DNA from: an uncultured virus (IMG/VR IMGVR_UViG_3300009034_002461) | Taxonomy: Duplodnaviria; Heunggongvirae; Uroviricota; Caudoviricetes | DNA length: 64,000 nucleotides | Virus record (IMG/VR): IMGVR_UViG_3300009034_002461 | Reading direction: 5' to 3' (one strand) | Part shown: positions 28,420 to 38,775 of the stretch, piece by piece | Layout: each line of letters opens with the position of its first letter | How positions within the stretch are numbered: the stretch's first letter is position 1 | Made by a program: the position numbers and the translations under genes | The notes under the pieces: generated by a model | The model's input: only the letters and a program-made list of their open reading frames with translations | The model's database searches: none | Told to the model about the DNA's origin: nothing

Positions 28420-29027
28420 TATATCAGACCAAGACTTTCCAATTGATCAATTAATATATATATTTTGAAATGCCATAAATGATTTCCATATAGTTTCCTT
28501 ATTTTTTTTGCTTCTTTACGATAATGAAGAGTCGCATTGCCTTCCTGTGGTTTTATATCAATATCAAAATTCTTTATTTTATCCCAATTATTAACAAATA
28601 ATTTTTGAAGTTCACGATGCAAAGCATTATATGAGGAATACAATGTTTCTACATATTCATGATACTCACCCATGAATAACTCTTCTTGCAATAAAATATC
28701 GCCAGTATCAATTCCAGAATCTATTAGATGTATACTAACGCCTTTTTTCGTATTTTTTATCCAACTCCAAAGATTTGGATCAAATCCACGGTTTAATGGC
28801 AACAATGAAATATGCAAATTAATAATGCGATTCTTCAAATAATCTATCATGCTTTGTGATATGATAGATAAATAATTATAACTTATTGTAATATCTGGTT
28901 CAATATTTTTAACCACATTTAAAGATATTTTATCAGAGTATTCTATTACATTATTATATTTATCATTTTTTAGAAAATCGACTAATGGTTTTGTATTACT
29001 ATTATTTGTCAAAAATAATATTTTCAT
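28419..29027 (-). CDS. Formyltransferase
   Basis: INLHISLLPLNRG.DPNLWS, GVSIH.IDSGIDTGDI. Confidence 0.9.
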   Translation of the reverse strand: MKILFLTNNSNTKPLVDFLKNDKYNNVIEYSDKISLNVVKNIEPDITISYNYLSIISQSMIDYLKNRIINLHISLLPLNRGFDPNLWSWIKNTKKGVSIHLIDSGIDTGDILLQEELFMGEYHEYVETLYSSYNALHRELQKLFVNNWDKIKNFDIDIKPQEGNATLHYRKEAKKIRKLYGNHLWHFKIYILIDQLESLGLI

Positions 29028-29034
29028 AATAATT

Positions 29035-29712
29035 CTATTTCACTATTCTAACAACTTCAAATGCCTCTGCAAACTCGACTCCCACTTTCATTCCCCATAT
29101 TTTACAATTAGTTTTTACACCATCAATCGATCTTGGATGAGGAAATTCTCTCATTTCTTGCTTATATAAATCTAATGCATATAATTTTTTATCGATAGTA
29201 TTTGTAATATTATAAAACATATTAGGAGAAAACAATGTTGGATAATTCCATTCCGTAGAAGATAATATTTCAAACGAATAAATCTCTTTAACACTTTCAT
29301 TAATCGTCGGCCTCGTTGCTGTTATAACAGCAGAATACGTTAAACGGTGATCTATATTTAAATCATTATAATAATGTGTAAAAACGATATCTGGTCGTAC
29401 TACTCTTTTAATTTTCTCCACTTCTTTAATAATGCTAAGCAGAGAAACTCCATCAAAATTATTATCTGGGAAAGAAAAAGTAAACACTTCTTTAACACCA
29501 AGATGTTTATTTGCTTCTTTGGCGCATGATGCAAGTTGTGTTGTATAATCCAAAAAAGACAAATCGCCCATATAATCTCTAGAATAAACACCTTCACTAA
29601 GAATTAACACATAAACATTATGCCCATCATCAATTAATCGAGCCAAAGTACCACCACATCCAATTATTTCATCATCTGGATGAGCGGCTACGACTAATAT
29701 TGTTTTTTTCAT
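29035..29712 (-). CDS. PIG-L/LmbE family N-deacetylase
   Basis: AAHPDDE, DLNIDH, FPHPRS, AEAF. Confidence 0.92.
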   Translation of the reverse strand: MKKTILVVAAHPDDEIIGCGGTLARLIDDGHNVYVLILSEGVYSRDYMGDLSFLDYTTQLASCAKEANKHLGVKEVFTFSFPDNNFDGVSLLSIIKEVEKIKRVVRPDIVFTHYYNDLNIDHRLTYSAVITATRPTINESVKEIYSFEILSSTEWNYPTLFSPNMFYNITNTIDKKLYALDLYKQEMREFPHPRSIDGVKTNCKIWGMKVGVEFAEAFEVVRIVK

Positions 29713-29715
29713 AAC

Positions 29716-30486
29716 TTAACTCCTAAGTCCAAATTGCATAGAAATCACGTTCTTCGGCACAGACACATTATCGTTCTCAACAAATATTTTTTTTATTTCA
29801 TCATAAATTTCATTATCATAGTTTGAATTAAAAAAGACTGTATTGCGCAAATATGTCATAAGAGAATCGGCATTATTGTATATAATCTTATTTTTAAGAA
29901 TGTTAATTTTTACCGTCTTGAAACCGACATTTGCAGATATATTAATAACATCACGATAGAACTGGTTTACGGAATACAATACTTTTTTATCAATAGCGTA
30001 GAATTTGTTGATTAACTCAAAAATATTTTCGTTAGTTCCGATATATGGCCCGACAACCCAAAAAACACCACTATTTTTAAGAAGCCAATTGGCTTTTCTA
30101 ATGATTAGTTCTAAATTATTCGAATAATACAATGCATAAAAACTATATATTAAATCAAAATAACTGCGATATTCATCATTTTCCGTGTGAAATAAACCAT
30201 AATCATCAAAATCACCTTCTATGATCTTCAATGTTGGTCTATCATTTTCTTGATAATTTTCTTTCAATATATTTAAACTGTCATGACACTTATCTAAAGC
30301 CACGATTATAGAATCACTACTAAAGAAATTTTTAAACAAATTGATTTGTTTGCCGGTGCCACAACCTAGATCTAATATCATAGAATTAATAGGCAATGTT
30401 GGCAATAAGTTAATAGACCATTCACCAAAATCTTTAACAGAATTACTATTAGCTGCTATCCTAGATAATAATTTATCAACAGACAT
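29716..30486 (-). CDS. Class I SAM methyltransferase
   Basis: ILDLGCGTG, FDLIYS.YALYY, LKNSG. Confidence 0.88.
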   Translation of the reverse strand: MSVDKLLSRIAANSNSVKDFGEWSINLLPTLPINSMILDLGCGTGKQINLFKNFFSSDSIIVALDKCHDSLNILKENYQENDRPTLKIIEGDFDDYGLFHTENDEYRSYFDLIYSFYALYYSNNLELIIRKANWLLKNSGVFWVVGPYIGTNENIFELINKFYAIDKKVLYSVNQFYRDVINISANVGFKTVKINILKNKIIYNNADSLMTYLRNTVFFNSNYDNEIYDEIKKIFVENDNVSVPKNVISMQFGLRS

Positions 30487-30502
30487 TTTACAAGTTTCCT
30501 AT

Positions 30503-31189
30503 TCACTTAATTCGTATGTTTACTTTTGCCTCTACATGATTACCATGCATACTTGCATCAGAAAATTCTAGTCTCAAATTTTTTGTTTCCAAGAATGCTC
30601 TCGGATAAGTTTCCGCATCCAACATTCTTATATGATCATATACTTTTTCTACATCATGAAGATTTTCTATAGAACTTTGTTCTGGAATTCTTCTCTCAAA
30701 ATATACAATATTACCTAATTGTTCAGTTGGCACAATATCATTATTAATAATATAATCGATCATGTCTTCAAAAACTATTTTTGAATATCTAATGAAAATA
30801 TCTTTTGCCGAACCGTGAAGATCTAGATATCGTTTCAAATATATTAAGCCAGTATCTATTCCTTCCTTCACTTTAAATGCAGATATCCTTGTTGCATATA
30901 TTTGTCTGGAAATCAAATTTTGCAATGGAGTTCCGCCACGCCCAAATGGAAGATCTGTCATATGAAATGCAATACATGTATATTTACTATAAATATTTTT
31001 TGGTATCATCCAAGACCAATGAGGAAAAAATATGTATTTTGGATCAAACTTTTTTATATTATCAATAGTTAATGTCTTTGGATCTGTAATTAAATGGAAA
31101 TTATTATATTTTTTTTCTGAAATAAATCTATAATATCTTTCTATATTCCATGTTTTTATTGTCGCGACAATATAATTATTTTTTTCCAT
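30503..31189 (-). CDS. Methionyl-tRNA formyltransferase-like sugar formyltransferase
   Basis: FFPHWSW, FHMTDLPFGRGGTPLQNLI, IRMLDAETYP.AF. Confidence 0.88.
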   Translation of the reverse strand: MEKNNYIVATIKTWNIERYYRFISEKKYNNFHLITDPKTLTIDNIKKFDPKYIFFPHWSWMIPKNIYSKYTCIAFHMTDLPFGRGGTPLQNLISRQIYATRISAFKVKEGIDTGLIYLKRYLDLHGSAKDIFIRYSKIVFEDMIDYIINNDIVPTEQLGNIVYFERRIPEQSSIENLHDVEKVYDHIRMLDAETYPRAFLETKNLRLEFSDASMHGNHVEAKVNIRIK

Positions 31190-32183
31190 TTACTTTCTCC
31201 ATCAAAAACTCACATACTTTTTTAGCACCATATCCATGAACTATATTCCTGCCATTTTTAAATCTCTCAGAACGCTCATGCTGAGGTGATAGTTCATTCG
31301 CAGCGCTAATAATTTTTCGGAAAATATCATCGTCAGTATGTTTACCTACATATTTTACGAAACCAGCATTCGCTAATTCGTTTAAATTATTCAATTGGTT
31401 ATCCGCTACGCAAATACCTATTGTCGGTATTCCGACTCTTGCTAATTCATACAATGCTTGACCACCGGCAGAAATACACAAATCACTTCTTGTAATCAAA
31501 TTCATCATATCATACCCATTCAAATCGCGATATAAATTTACATAATTTACCGCGAATAATGAATTGTAAAAATCATAATCACGATCTGGTACGATTATAT
31601 GATACGTCCAAAAATGGTAATATGTCTGTAAATTTTTGACTACATCGGTTACAAATTTTCTATAACTTATACCACCTAAAGTAATAAGTATATCGCTTAC
31701 AGACTTTTTAATAAAATAGAACGGCAATTTCCAAAAGCTTTTTCTAAGCATAGTATATTTGCAACCTAGCATATAAGTAATATTTGGATTTTTTTCTTTG
31801 AATATATTATTAGCATGAACATTGCTATTCAATACTATAGAATGATCTGGATATCTTATTCTACAATTATCATCGATACATACTAAAATTACATCATGTT
31901 TTATTATATTCTCATATATACTTAAATCAGCAAGATATGAATCTACAAACACAATGTCATATTTATCTAATTTGTCATCAATCTCTTTCCACCTTGATAA
32001 CCAATCACATAAAACATAATCAGTTTTACCAATAATCTTTCGTTCACTGCCATCACTATTAATACATAATTTGACATAGATACCAAGGTCTTCGAAGCAC
32101 TGGCATATAGAAGTACATCTTATAATATGACCAAAGCCTTTATCCGTTCCACCTTCTGTTAATATTAATATATGGTTTATCAT
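31176..32183 (-). CDS. pseG: UDP-2,4-diacetamido-2,4,6-trideoxy-beta-L-altropyranose hydrolase (PseG/SpsG)
   Basis: GFGHIIRC, VDSY, IDD, ITLGG, SAGG..LYE, ADNQ. Confidence 0.85.
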   Translation of the reverse strand: MINHILILTEGGTDKGFGHIIRCTSICQCFEDLGIYVKLCINSDGSERKIIGKTDYVLCDWLSRWKEIDDKLDKYDIVFVDSYLADLSIYENIIKHDVILVCIDDNCRIRYPDHSIVLNSNVHANNIFKEKNPNITYMLGCKYTMLRKSFWKLPFYFIKKSVSDILITLGGISYRKFVTDVVKNLQTYYHFWTYHIIVPDRDYDFYNSLFAVNYVNLYRDLNGYDMMNLITRSDLCISAGGQALYELARVGIPTIGICVADNQLNNLNELANAGFVKYVGKHTDDDIFRKIISAANELSPQHERSERFKNGRNIVHGYGAKKVCEFLMEKVNGKK

Positions 32184-32715
32184 TTATTTTCTCAACTAAA
32201 ACTTGATCCACATATTTTCCTTCATATAATCTATGTTTTTTTAATCTTCCTACTTCTTTATAACCAGCATTCGAAAACACTTTAATTGACGCAATGTTAT
32301 TTTCATATATTCCAGATACAAGTTTATGTAACCTTAATTCATTAAATGCATAATCTGTAGCCATGCAAATTGCTTTTGTTCCGAAACCTCTACCGCGAGC
32401 TTCCTTATCGCCAATTAGAATCCCCAAATCTGCAAAATAGTGTTTATAATTTATATTTCCTATTTTTATATTTCCTATATGCCATATGCTATGTAGAAAA
32501 ATGCCAAATAGATAATCATGATGCGACTCTAGCATACTCGAAACATATTCTTGAACATCTTGGAATGAATATGAGCGATTCCTACATTCCAAAAATTGCA
32601 CCGTTTCTTTATCATTTAGCCATTCTACATAATCTGGAGTTATGTTCTGAGGATATAAACGTTTTATGTATATGTCATTATAAAGATTATATTTATTATT
32701 AGGCGTCTCTAACAT
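32140..32715 (-). CDS. GNAT N-acetyltransferase (RimJ/PseH-like)
   Basis: YVEWLND, HIGNIK, GRGFGT, NIASIK.F...GY. Confidence 0.88.
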   Translation of the reverse strand: MLETPNNKYNLYNDIYIKRLYPQNITPDYVEWLNDKETVQFLECRNRSYSFQDVQEYVSSMLESHHDYLFGIFLHSIWHIGNIKIGNINYKHYFADLGILIGDKEARGRGFGTKAICMATDYAFNELRLHKLVSGIYENNIASIKVFSNAGYKEVGRLKKHRLYEGKYVDQVLVEKINDKPYININRRWNG

Positions 32716-33493
32716 GTATTCTCTTGTCTTTTAAATACGATTTAATTCGTATGATATCATAATCCCTAAGAAAAAACATCTTCCCAACAGAGCACGCTTC
32801 ACAATCCGTTTCTCTAAATAAACTCACAATATCATCATAACAACCTGCCCCACCGCATGCAATAATTGGAATAGAAATAATTTTTTTGCATTCGGAATAT
32901 AAGGCATTGTTAAACCCACTCAAAGTCCCTTCCCTATTAATATCGGTAATAACAACTTCTCCAGCACCATAATCTACCATGGTAGAAAGATAATCACAAA
33001 AATTCACATCTTTTTTCTTAGAACCAGAAAATGTATATACATCATAATTACCAATTGCATTCATTTTTACATCTATAGAAACTACAACAGACTGCGAACC
33101 AAATTGTTTAGATATTAATGATATCAATGGCATCTTATATCTTTCTTCATAAAAACCAGCATAAGTATTTAATATAACTTTTTTGGAGCCAGAATTTATT
33201 ATTTTTTTGGCATCTTCAAAACTTTTTATGCCACCTCCAACCGAAATCGACATATTACACTGATCATTTATTTTCTCTATCAATTTTATATCGATTAATC
33301 TGTTTTGTTTTGACGCGTCTATATCAACAATCATAATTTCATCAGCATCTTGATCCCTACAAATCATAGCCTGTGATACAGGATCTCCGACATCCTCAAA
33401 ATGCACATCTACATCATCCCATTTAAACTTTGTGCCTTTTACAAGACGATTCCCATGAAGTAGAAACATAGGTATAATTCTTTTCATTATCAT
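32699..33493 (-). CDS. HisF-like cyclase-fold partner of the sugar amidotransferase
   Basis: KRIIP, LVKG, GDPV, DADE, VGGGI, FGSQSVVVSID, GAGE, IACGGAG. Start reassigned to the ATG at 33493, just after the upstream stop. Confidence 0.88.
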   Translation of the reverse strand: MIMKRIIPMFLLHGNRLVKGTKFKWDDVDVHFEDVGDPVSQAMICRDQDADEIMIVDIDASKQNRLIDIKLIEKINDQCNMSISVGGGIKSFEDAKKIINSGSKKVILNTYAGFYEERYKMPLISLISKQFGSQSVVVSIDVKMNAIGNYDVYTFSGSKKKDVNFCDYLSTMVDYGAGEVVITDINREGTLSGFNNALYSECKKIISIPIIACGGAGCYDDIVSLFRETDCEACSVGKMFFLRDYDIIRIKSYLKDKRIHVRDA

Positions 33494-33494
33494 T

Positions 33495-34637
33495 TTACTC
33501 ATCTTCTTTGAACCATAAATACTGATCCCAAAGCTCCTTTCCTTCAGGTATGGAATCAGGATCAATTTCTTGTGCTGGCGGTATCACATGTCTTAAAACT
33601 ATCTCATTAAATTCTTTTTCATTCATATTCATATATTCCAAAAAAACACTTAGACTTTTGGGTTTTTTTCTTTCATATTTTCTAATCATTTCCATCCCTT
33701 CTTCTCTGGTAATCCTCCCATGGCGTATATCCAAAGTAGTTAGATGGGTCATTCGAGAAAATCCTCTTTTAATATATTTAATATAATCTCTAACACCAGT
33801 AAACATACATTCAATTTTTTCATATGTTAAACCTGGATATGCACTTTCTACTTCGTCCTCTTCCCATCCGAGATCCTCTTTTATAATAGAAACATGTTTT
33901 TGGACATCCCATTGTATAAAATTACCCAATGGAACGCTAATTATACCAGCCTTATTTATTTCTTTCTGTGGCGGATATATATAAGGAGATAATTCTCTTA
34001 ATTCTTCACCTATAAAACCGCACATATCTTCGGCTCTTATACCAAGAACCGATCTCCTATTAAATTTACGCTCATCTGTATTTTCTATGTCTTCTAATTT
34101 AAAATATGCTTCATATTCACCACTAGCCTCACCCCAAATAATTAATGGAATATCAAATTTCAAAGCAATCTGCATAGGATATGCAAAAACACCAGCATGA
34201 CAATGCCAACAGAAATCCCCTTTTCTCATTAACGCTTCAAACATCATTTTTTTAACGATATGCCAATTTGGTATAAATGTTATAACGTCAACACCAAGTT
34301 TGCGAAATATCCTTGTTCTATTTTTCAATGTTCTTGGACGATAGAAACAATGATCATAAGAAACAACCAATGGTTTTAGTTTATACCTTTTAACAATTGC
34401 CCACAATGTAAATGTAGAATCTTTCCCGCCGCTAAAGGGAACAATACAATCATAATCTTTGTGTTTTTCTTTTGCTCTACTACATATTTTGAGAAATAGT
34501 TCATTTCTATTTTCCCAATCAATTACTTCTTGCTTTTGTTCCCAATTATGGCATATGTTGCATATGCAATTTTCATCAAATGATAATGTTTCCCATGTTA
34601 TTGGAAGAGTACATTTTTTACATCGTTTTAATTCCAT
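33495..34637 (-). CDS. N-acetyl sugar amidotransferase (PseA/WbpG family)
   Basis: CKKC..P, CNIC, YDCIVPFSGGKDS, DFCWHCH, DIRHGRITREE. Confidence 0.92.
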   Translation of the reverse strand: MELKRCKKCTLPITWETLSFDENCICNICHNWEQKQEVIDWENRNELFLKICSRAKEKHKDYDCIVPFSGGKDSTFTLWAIVKRYKLKPLVVSYDHCFYRPRTLKNRTRIFRKLGVDVITFIPNWHIVKKMMFEALMRKGDFCWHCHAGVFAYPMQIALKFDIPLIIWGEASGEYEAYFKLEDIENTDERKFNRRSVLGIRAEDMCGFIGEELRELSPYIYPPQKEINKAGIISVPLGNFIQWDVQKHVSIIKEDLGWEEDEVESAYPGLTYEKIECMFTGVRDYIKYIKRGFSRMTHLTTLDIRHGRITREEGMEMIRKYERKKPKSLSVFLEYMNMNEKEFNEIVLRHVIPPAQEIDPDSIPEGKELWDQYLWFKEDE

Positions 34638-34638
34638 A

Positions 34639-35949
34639 TTAATTTAACCTATTAAAACCAGCATGGCAAATTGGTCCATTTAAATATTTTCCTGGGTTTC
34701 CACTACTTATAGCATCGCTAATCTTAGCGAAAGAACGATCCATCGCGCTAAGATATTCATCTACATATCCATCATGTGCATATGATGCATATAATGTATT
34801 AGTGGCAAGATATGCTTCATCTAGCATATATTGTGTAAGCAATGTTTTTAATATCAATGGATTATAGATAGAATGAAATTCAAAATGACTTAATGGAGAA
34901 ATACCGGATATATTTATCTTGATATTATGTTTTTTACTCAAATTTTTCCATCCATCTTTAACAGTATTTCCAATTTTTTGTAGACATGATGGAACATTCC
35001 TTTTTTCTAATTTACTAATAGTTGCAAGGGCAGCAACTGGACCTATTCGTTCCGTCCAATATGTACTACTTACAAATGTATTTTGTATAGCATTCATCAC
35101 TGATGCTTTTCCGATAATAGCCGCCATCGGATAACCATTACTTATTGCCTTCGCAAAAACAGCAATATCTGGATTAACAAACAATAATTGATGTATTCCA
35201 CCAACACACATTCTCCAACCAGAAGTTATTTCATCAAATACAAGAACGACATTGTAAGTATCAGCCAAATCGCGTATTAATTTTAGAAAATCATTTTTTG
35301 GCCAATAATTTCTCATTGGCTCCATAATCACAGCAGCTATATTATTTTTATATTTATCAAATAATTTCTTAATGCCATCATGATCATTATATTTAAATGG
35401 GATTGAAGTATCTTTCAATGCTTTTGGGATACCATTCGGTTCTAAACCAGGCAATAGATGACCTTCTAATGCATTATCTTTAGTTAGATTAGCTGATAGA
35501 TACCAATCATGCCATCCGTGATATCCACAAAATAATATCAATTCCCTCCCGGTTTTAGTTCGAGCTATTCTAACAGCAATAGCCATTGCTTCGCCTCCAG
35601 TTCTGGCATATCTTACCATCTTAGCCCACTGGTGTAACTCACACAACTTCTTGGCTAACAGCACTTCTTCGGCACAGTTTAATGTGGACATAGATCCACG
35701 ACGGATAGCATTAATAACGATATTATCAACATATGAATCAGCATATCCAAGAATACACGATCCTATTCCCATATAGCTCATATCTATATATTTATTATTA
35801 TCAAGGTCATGAATTTCGCATCCTTTACAAGATGAATAATATGCTGGCCACAAATTAGGCAAAAACATTTCTGGTCGCTTAGTTAATAATTGCGTACCAC
35901 CAGGAATAAAAATTTTTGCTGTTTCATATAATTTTTGAGATATTCCCAT
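34639..35949 (-). CDS. Class III PLP aminotransferase (glutamate-1-semialdehyde aminomutase-like)
   Basis: IPGGTQLL.KRPE, RTGGEA, GYHGWHDW, FDEITSGWR, FAKAISNGYP. Confidence 0.92.
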   Translation of the reverse strand: MGISQKLYETAKIFIPGGTQLLTKRPEMFLPNLWPAYYSSCKGCEIHDLDNNKYIDMSYMGIGSCILGYADSYVDNIVINAIRRGSMSTLNCAEEVLLAKKLCELHQWAKMVRYARTGGEAMAIAVRIARTKTGRELILFCGYHGWHDWYLSANLTKDNALEGHLLPGLEPNGIPKALKDTSIPFKYNDHDGIKKLFDKYKNNIAAVIMEPMRNYWPKNDFLKLIRDLADTYNVVLVFDEITSGWRMCVGGIHQLLFVNPDIAVFAKAISNGYPMAAIIGKASVMNAIQNTFVSSTYWTERIGPVAALATISKLEKRNVPSCLQKIGNTVKDGWKNLSKKHNIKINISGISPLSHFEFHSIYNPLILKTLLTQYMLDEAYLATNTLYASYAHDGYVDEYLSAMDRSFAKISDAISSGNPGKYLNGPICHAGFNRLN

Positions 35950-35951
35950 AA

Positions 35952-36755
35952 TTACGAACTTTCTATATCTACATTATCTTCTATAATAGCATTGTCTCTC
36001 CAAACATTATGTCTTAAATCAGAGTTAATTTTTTCTATTTCTGGCTTTTCTTCTATTAATTTTAAAATTTCATCCATTCCGAAGTTCCTATATTTATAAT
36101 ATAGTTCTCTATAAACCAGCTTAATAAATTCTAAATCTTCTTTTGTATCTAAACACCACCCTTTAGCTGATAAGTCTTCTTTATATTGAAAATTGAAAGT
36201 TTTGAATTTATCTTTATTTTTTTGTATATAAAAAGTCATATGTTCCTTTTCTGCTTTTGTTGTAGCATTTTTCCACATATTTTTTAATGCCTCAAAAGAG
36301 CAAATTTCAACATCTAATCCATCAGGATAAGTTGTTGGGATATTATTATTAGAAACGTAATCATAATCATTATTTAAAAAATAATCTATAATATAATCTG
36401 CTATTTTCGGATCGAATAACACACAATCACCTGTCAATATTACAATTGCATCTACTGGCAAATAATTTAAAACAGATTTATAACATCTATCTAAAACATC
36501 ATTTTCACTACCTCTAAAATAATCATATCTGAATCTATTACACAAATCTACAATTGCATCATCATCTTTATTAACTGTAGTAGCAACAATAATTTTATCT
36601 ATTTTTTTTATTCTAGACACTCTATCTAACATAAGTTCAAGAGAAGTCCTATTATCTATAATTGGCAAAAGCATTTTCTTTTGTAAGCGAGAAGAATTAA
36701 CTCTAGCTCTTACTATCGCTATTATCTTTTTATATTCCATAACTTTGGATTCCAA
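35952..36755 (-). CDS. spsF: SpsF-like cytidylyltransferase (probable PseF role)
   Basis: ARVNSSRL..K, FRGSENDVLDR, TGDC, YPDGLDVE, EHMT, LDT.EDL. Confidence 0.85.
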   Translation of the reverse strand: MESKVMEYKKIIAIVRARVNSSRLQKKMLLPIIDNRTSLELMLDRVSRIKKIDKIIVATTVNKDDDAIVDLCNRFRYDYFRGSENDVLDRCYKSVLNYLPVDAIVILTGDCVLFDPKIADYIIDYFLNNDYDYVSNNNIPTTYPDGLDVEICSFEALKNMWKNATTKAEKEHMTFYIQKNKDKFKTFNFQYKEDLSAKGWCLDTKEDLEFIKLVYRELYYKYRNFGMDEILKLIEEKPEIEKINSDLRHNVWRDNAIIEDNVDIESS

Positions 36756-37633
36756 ATCTGTTCATTTACAAATGGCAACATGTACTGATAAATATATTTT
36801 ACAATATCTTTGGGCAATGCTCCACAATCAATAATACTTACATTATCAATTAGTTGCTCAACTGTTTCCATCCCTATAATAAGTGGTTGTCCGATAGATA
36901 AAGCAAAGAATAATGCAAGTCTTTTCTTATCTATTCCGATTTCTTCAGAAAGCTCTTTCCATCGCAAACTCATCTGTGTGGCAATAGGGAATTTTTTTCT
37001 TATTTCATCCACCCCCAATAATAATAATCCCTGCAAATATATGCTTCTAATTAAACATAATTTATCCATATATTTCATATAGTTTGAAGTATAACTACGG
37101 ATAAATCTTTGATCCATAACATTGCATGGAAACTGCATAATCTCTATCATGTTAATTTGAGCAGCTTGACATAATTTTACCAAATCATAACAAGAAATTC
37201 CAATATGTTTCACTAAACCTTTTTTCTTTATGTCAAACAAAATATCTGACAATCCCCCACTCCATTTATTTATCCAAAGTTCATCATGTATCATCAAACA
37301 CCATAATTGATCTACACATAAATTTTTACATGAATTGACAACGACTTGTTCTATGCTGGTAGCATCTAATGGATCTATATAAAATGGTATTTTAGATATA
37401 ATCTTAACATCTTTTTTATGTAGGATTTTACCTAAAGTTTCTTCACTATCTCCATATACTGGAGATGTATCAAAGCAATTGATACCGAGATCGATAGCTT
37501 TATTGACTATCTTTTCTACAATCTTAAATGGCGGTTTACCTATTTTGTTAGCAATACCATAATTCGAACCAAATTGAGCCGTGCCCATTACTATAATGGG
37601 AATCTTATTATTTTTCCATGATATATAATTCAT
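36722..37633 (-). CDS. Aldo/keto reductase
   Basis: GTAQFG..YG, FDTSPVYGDSE, GISCY, RSIYLQGLL. Confidence 0.9.
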   Translation of the reverse strand: MNYISWKNNKIPIIVMGTAQFGSNYGIANKIGKPPFKIVEKIVNKAIDLGINCFDTSPVYGDSEETLGKILHKKDVKIISKIPFYIDPLDATSIEQVVVNSCKNLCVDQLWCLMIHDELWINKWSGGLSDILFDIKKKGLVKHIGISCYDLVKLCQAAQINMIEIMQFPCNVMDQRFIRSYTSNYMKYMDKLCLIRSIYLQGLLLLGVDEIRKKFPIATQMSLRWKELSEEIGIDKKRLALFFALSIGQPLIIGMETVEQLIDNVSIIDCGALPKDIVKYIYQYMLPFVNEQIWNPKLWNIKR

Positions 37634-38775
37634 TGTAGTGTTTTCATATTATGATCTATTAAATCAATTACTCTATTAACATCACAAATTGTCATCGAGG
37701 GGAATATAGGCAATGAGAGAATACGATGATATACACTTTCAGAAATCGAACAAAGCCCTTCATGTGTTTTAAACCTATTCTTATAAAACGAATGCAAATG
37801 AACAGGTATATAATGCACATTAACACCAATTCTGCAATTTCTTAAATAAGAAAACATCCTATCTCTGACTTTTTGATCGCAAAATTTAACAACATATAGA
37901 TGATAAGCATGAAAAATACCGGGATTTACTTTTAACGGATTGATCAGGCACATATCTTTAAAATACATATCATAAATATTCGCGATAGCATGTCTATCCA
38001 ATAGCCAATTAGGTAATTTAGAAATTTGTGATATACCCAATGCACATTGCATATCAGTCATTCTATAATTATATCCCAAATCTGTAATATCATAAAACCA
38101 ATCGCCCTTCTTCATTCTTTGTTTATAATCAACATCTACACAGTGATTACGAAAAACCACTGAGCGTTCATAGTATTCTTTTGAATTAGTTACCACCATT
38201 CCACCTTCGCCGGTAGTAATATTTTTAACCGGATGAAAACTGAAGACAGTGATGTCAGCAAGATTGCTTCCAACTCTTTTACCATAATATGAAGCACCTA
38301 AAGAATGACATGCATCTGCGATCAATATCAAATTATGTTTTGATGCTATTTCTCTAAGTCTATCATAATCACATGGCTGACCAGCATAATCAACAGCAAT
38401 AATCGCCCTTGTTTTATTTGTAATCAGATTTTCTATTAAATCACAATCTATCAAAAGAGTATCCTCTTCTACATCACAGAAAATAGGAATTCCACCTTGA
38501 AAAACTACAGAATTCGCCGATGCAGCAAATGTTATAGATGGAACGATAACCTCATCTCCATCACTAATACCGATTGCGTACATTGCAGTATGTAATGCTG
38601 CTGTGCCGCTAGACACAGAAACAGCATATTTACATCCACAAAATTTTGATACTTTTTTCTCAAAATTCTCAACAGATGGACCGGTTGTTAACCAATCTGA
38701 TTTAAGTACATCTACAACTGCTTTAATGTCATATTCATCTATAGATTGATGCCCATATGGAATATATTTATTCAT
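37630..38775 (-). CDS. pseC: UDP-4-amino-4,6-dideoxy-N-acetyl-beta-L-altrosamine transaminase
   Basis: IPYGHQ, LTTGP, DACHSLG, FSFHPVKNITTGEGG, LGYNYRMTD, VNVHYIPVH. Confidence 0.93.
   Translation of the reverse strand: MNKYIPYGHQSIDEYDIKAVVDVLKSDWLTTGPSVENFEKKVSKFCGCKYAVSVSSGTAALHTAMYAIGISDGDEVIVPSITFAASANSVVFQGGIPIFCDVEEDTLLIDCDLIENLITNKTRAIIAVDYAGQPCDYDRLREIASKHNLILIADACHSLGASYYGKRVGSNLADITVFSFHPVKNITTGEGGMVVTNSKEYYERSVVFRNHCVDVDYKQRMKKGDWFYDITDLGYNYRMTDMQCALGISQISKLPNWLLDRHAIANIYDMYFKDMCLINPLKVNPGIFHAYHLYVVKFCDQKVRDRMFSYLRNCRIGVNVHYIPVHLHSFYKNRFKTHEGLCSISESVYHRILSLPIFPSMTICDVNRVIDLIDHNMKTLQ

Noticed and set aside
23133..35949. Housekeeping serA, fmt, hisF and hemL assignments
   Set aside because: The context and sequence subtypes fit glycan-locus paralogs; the remaining genes of those pathways are absent.
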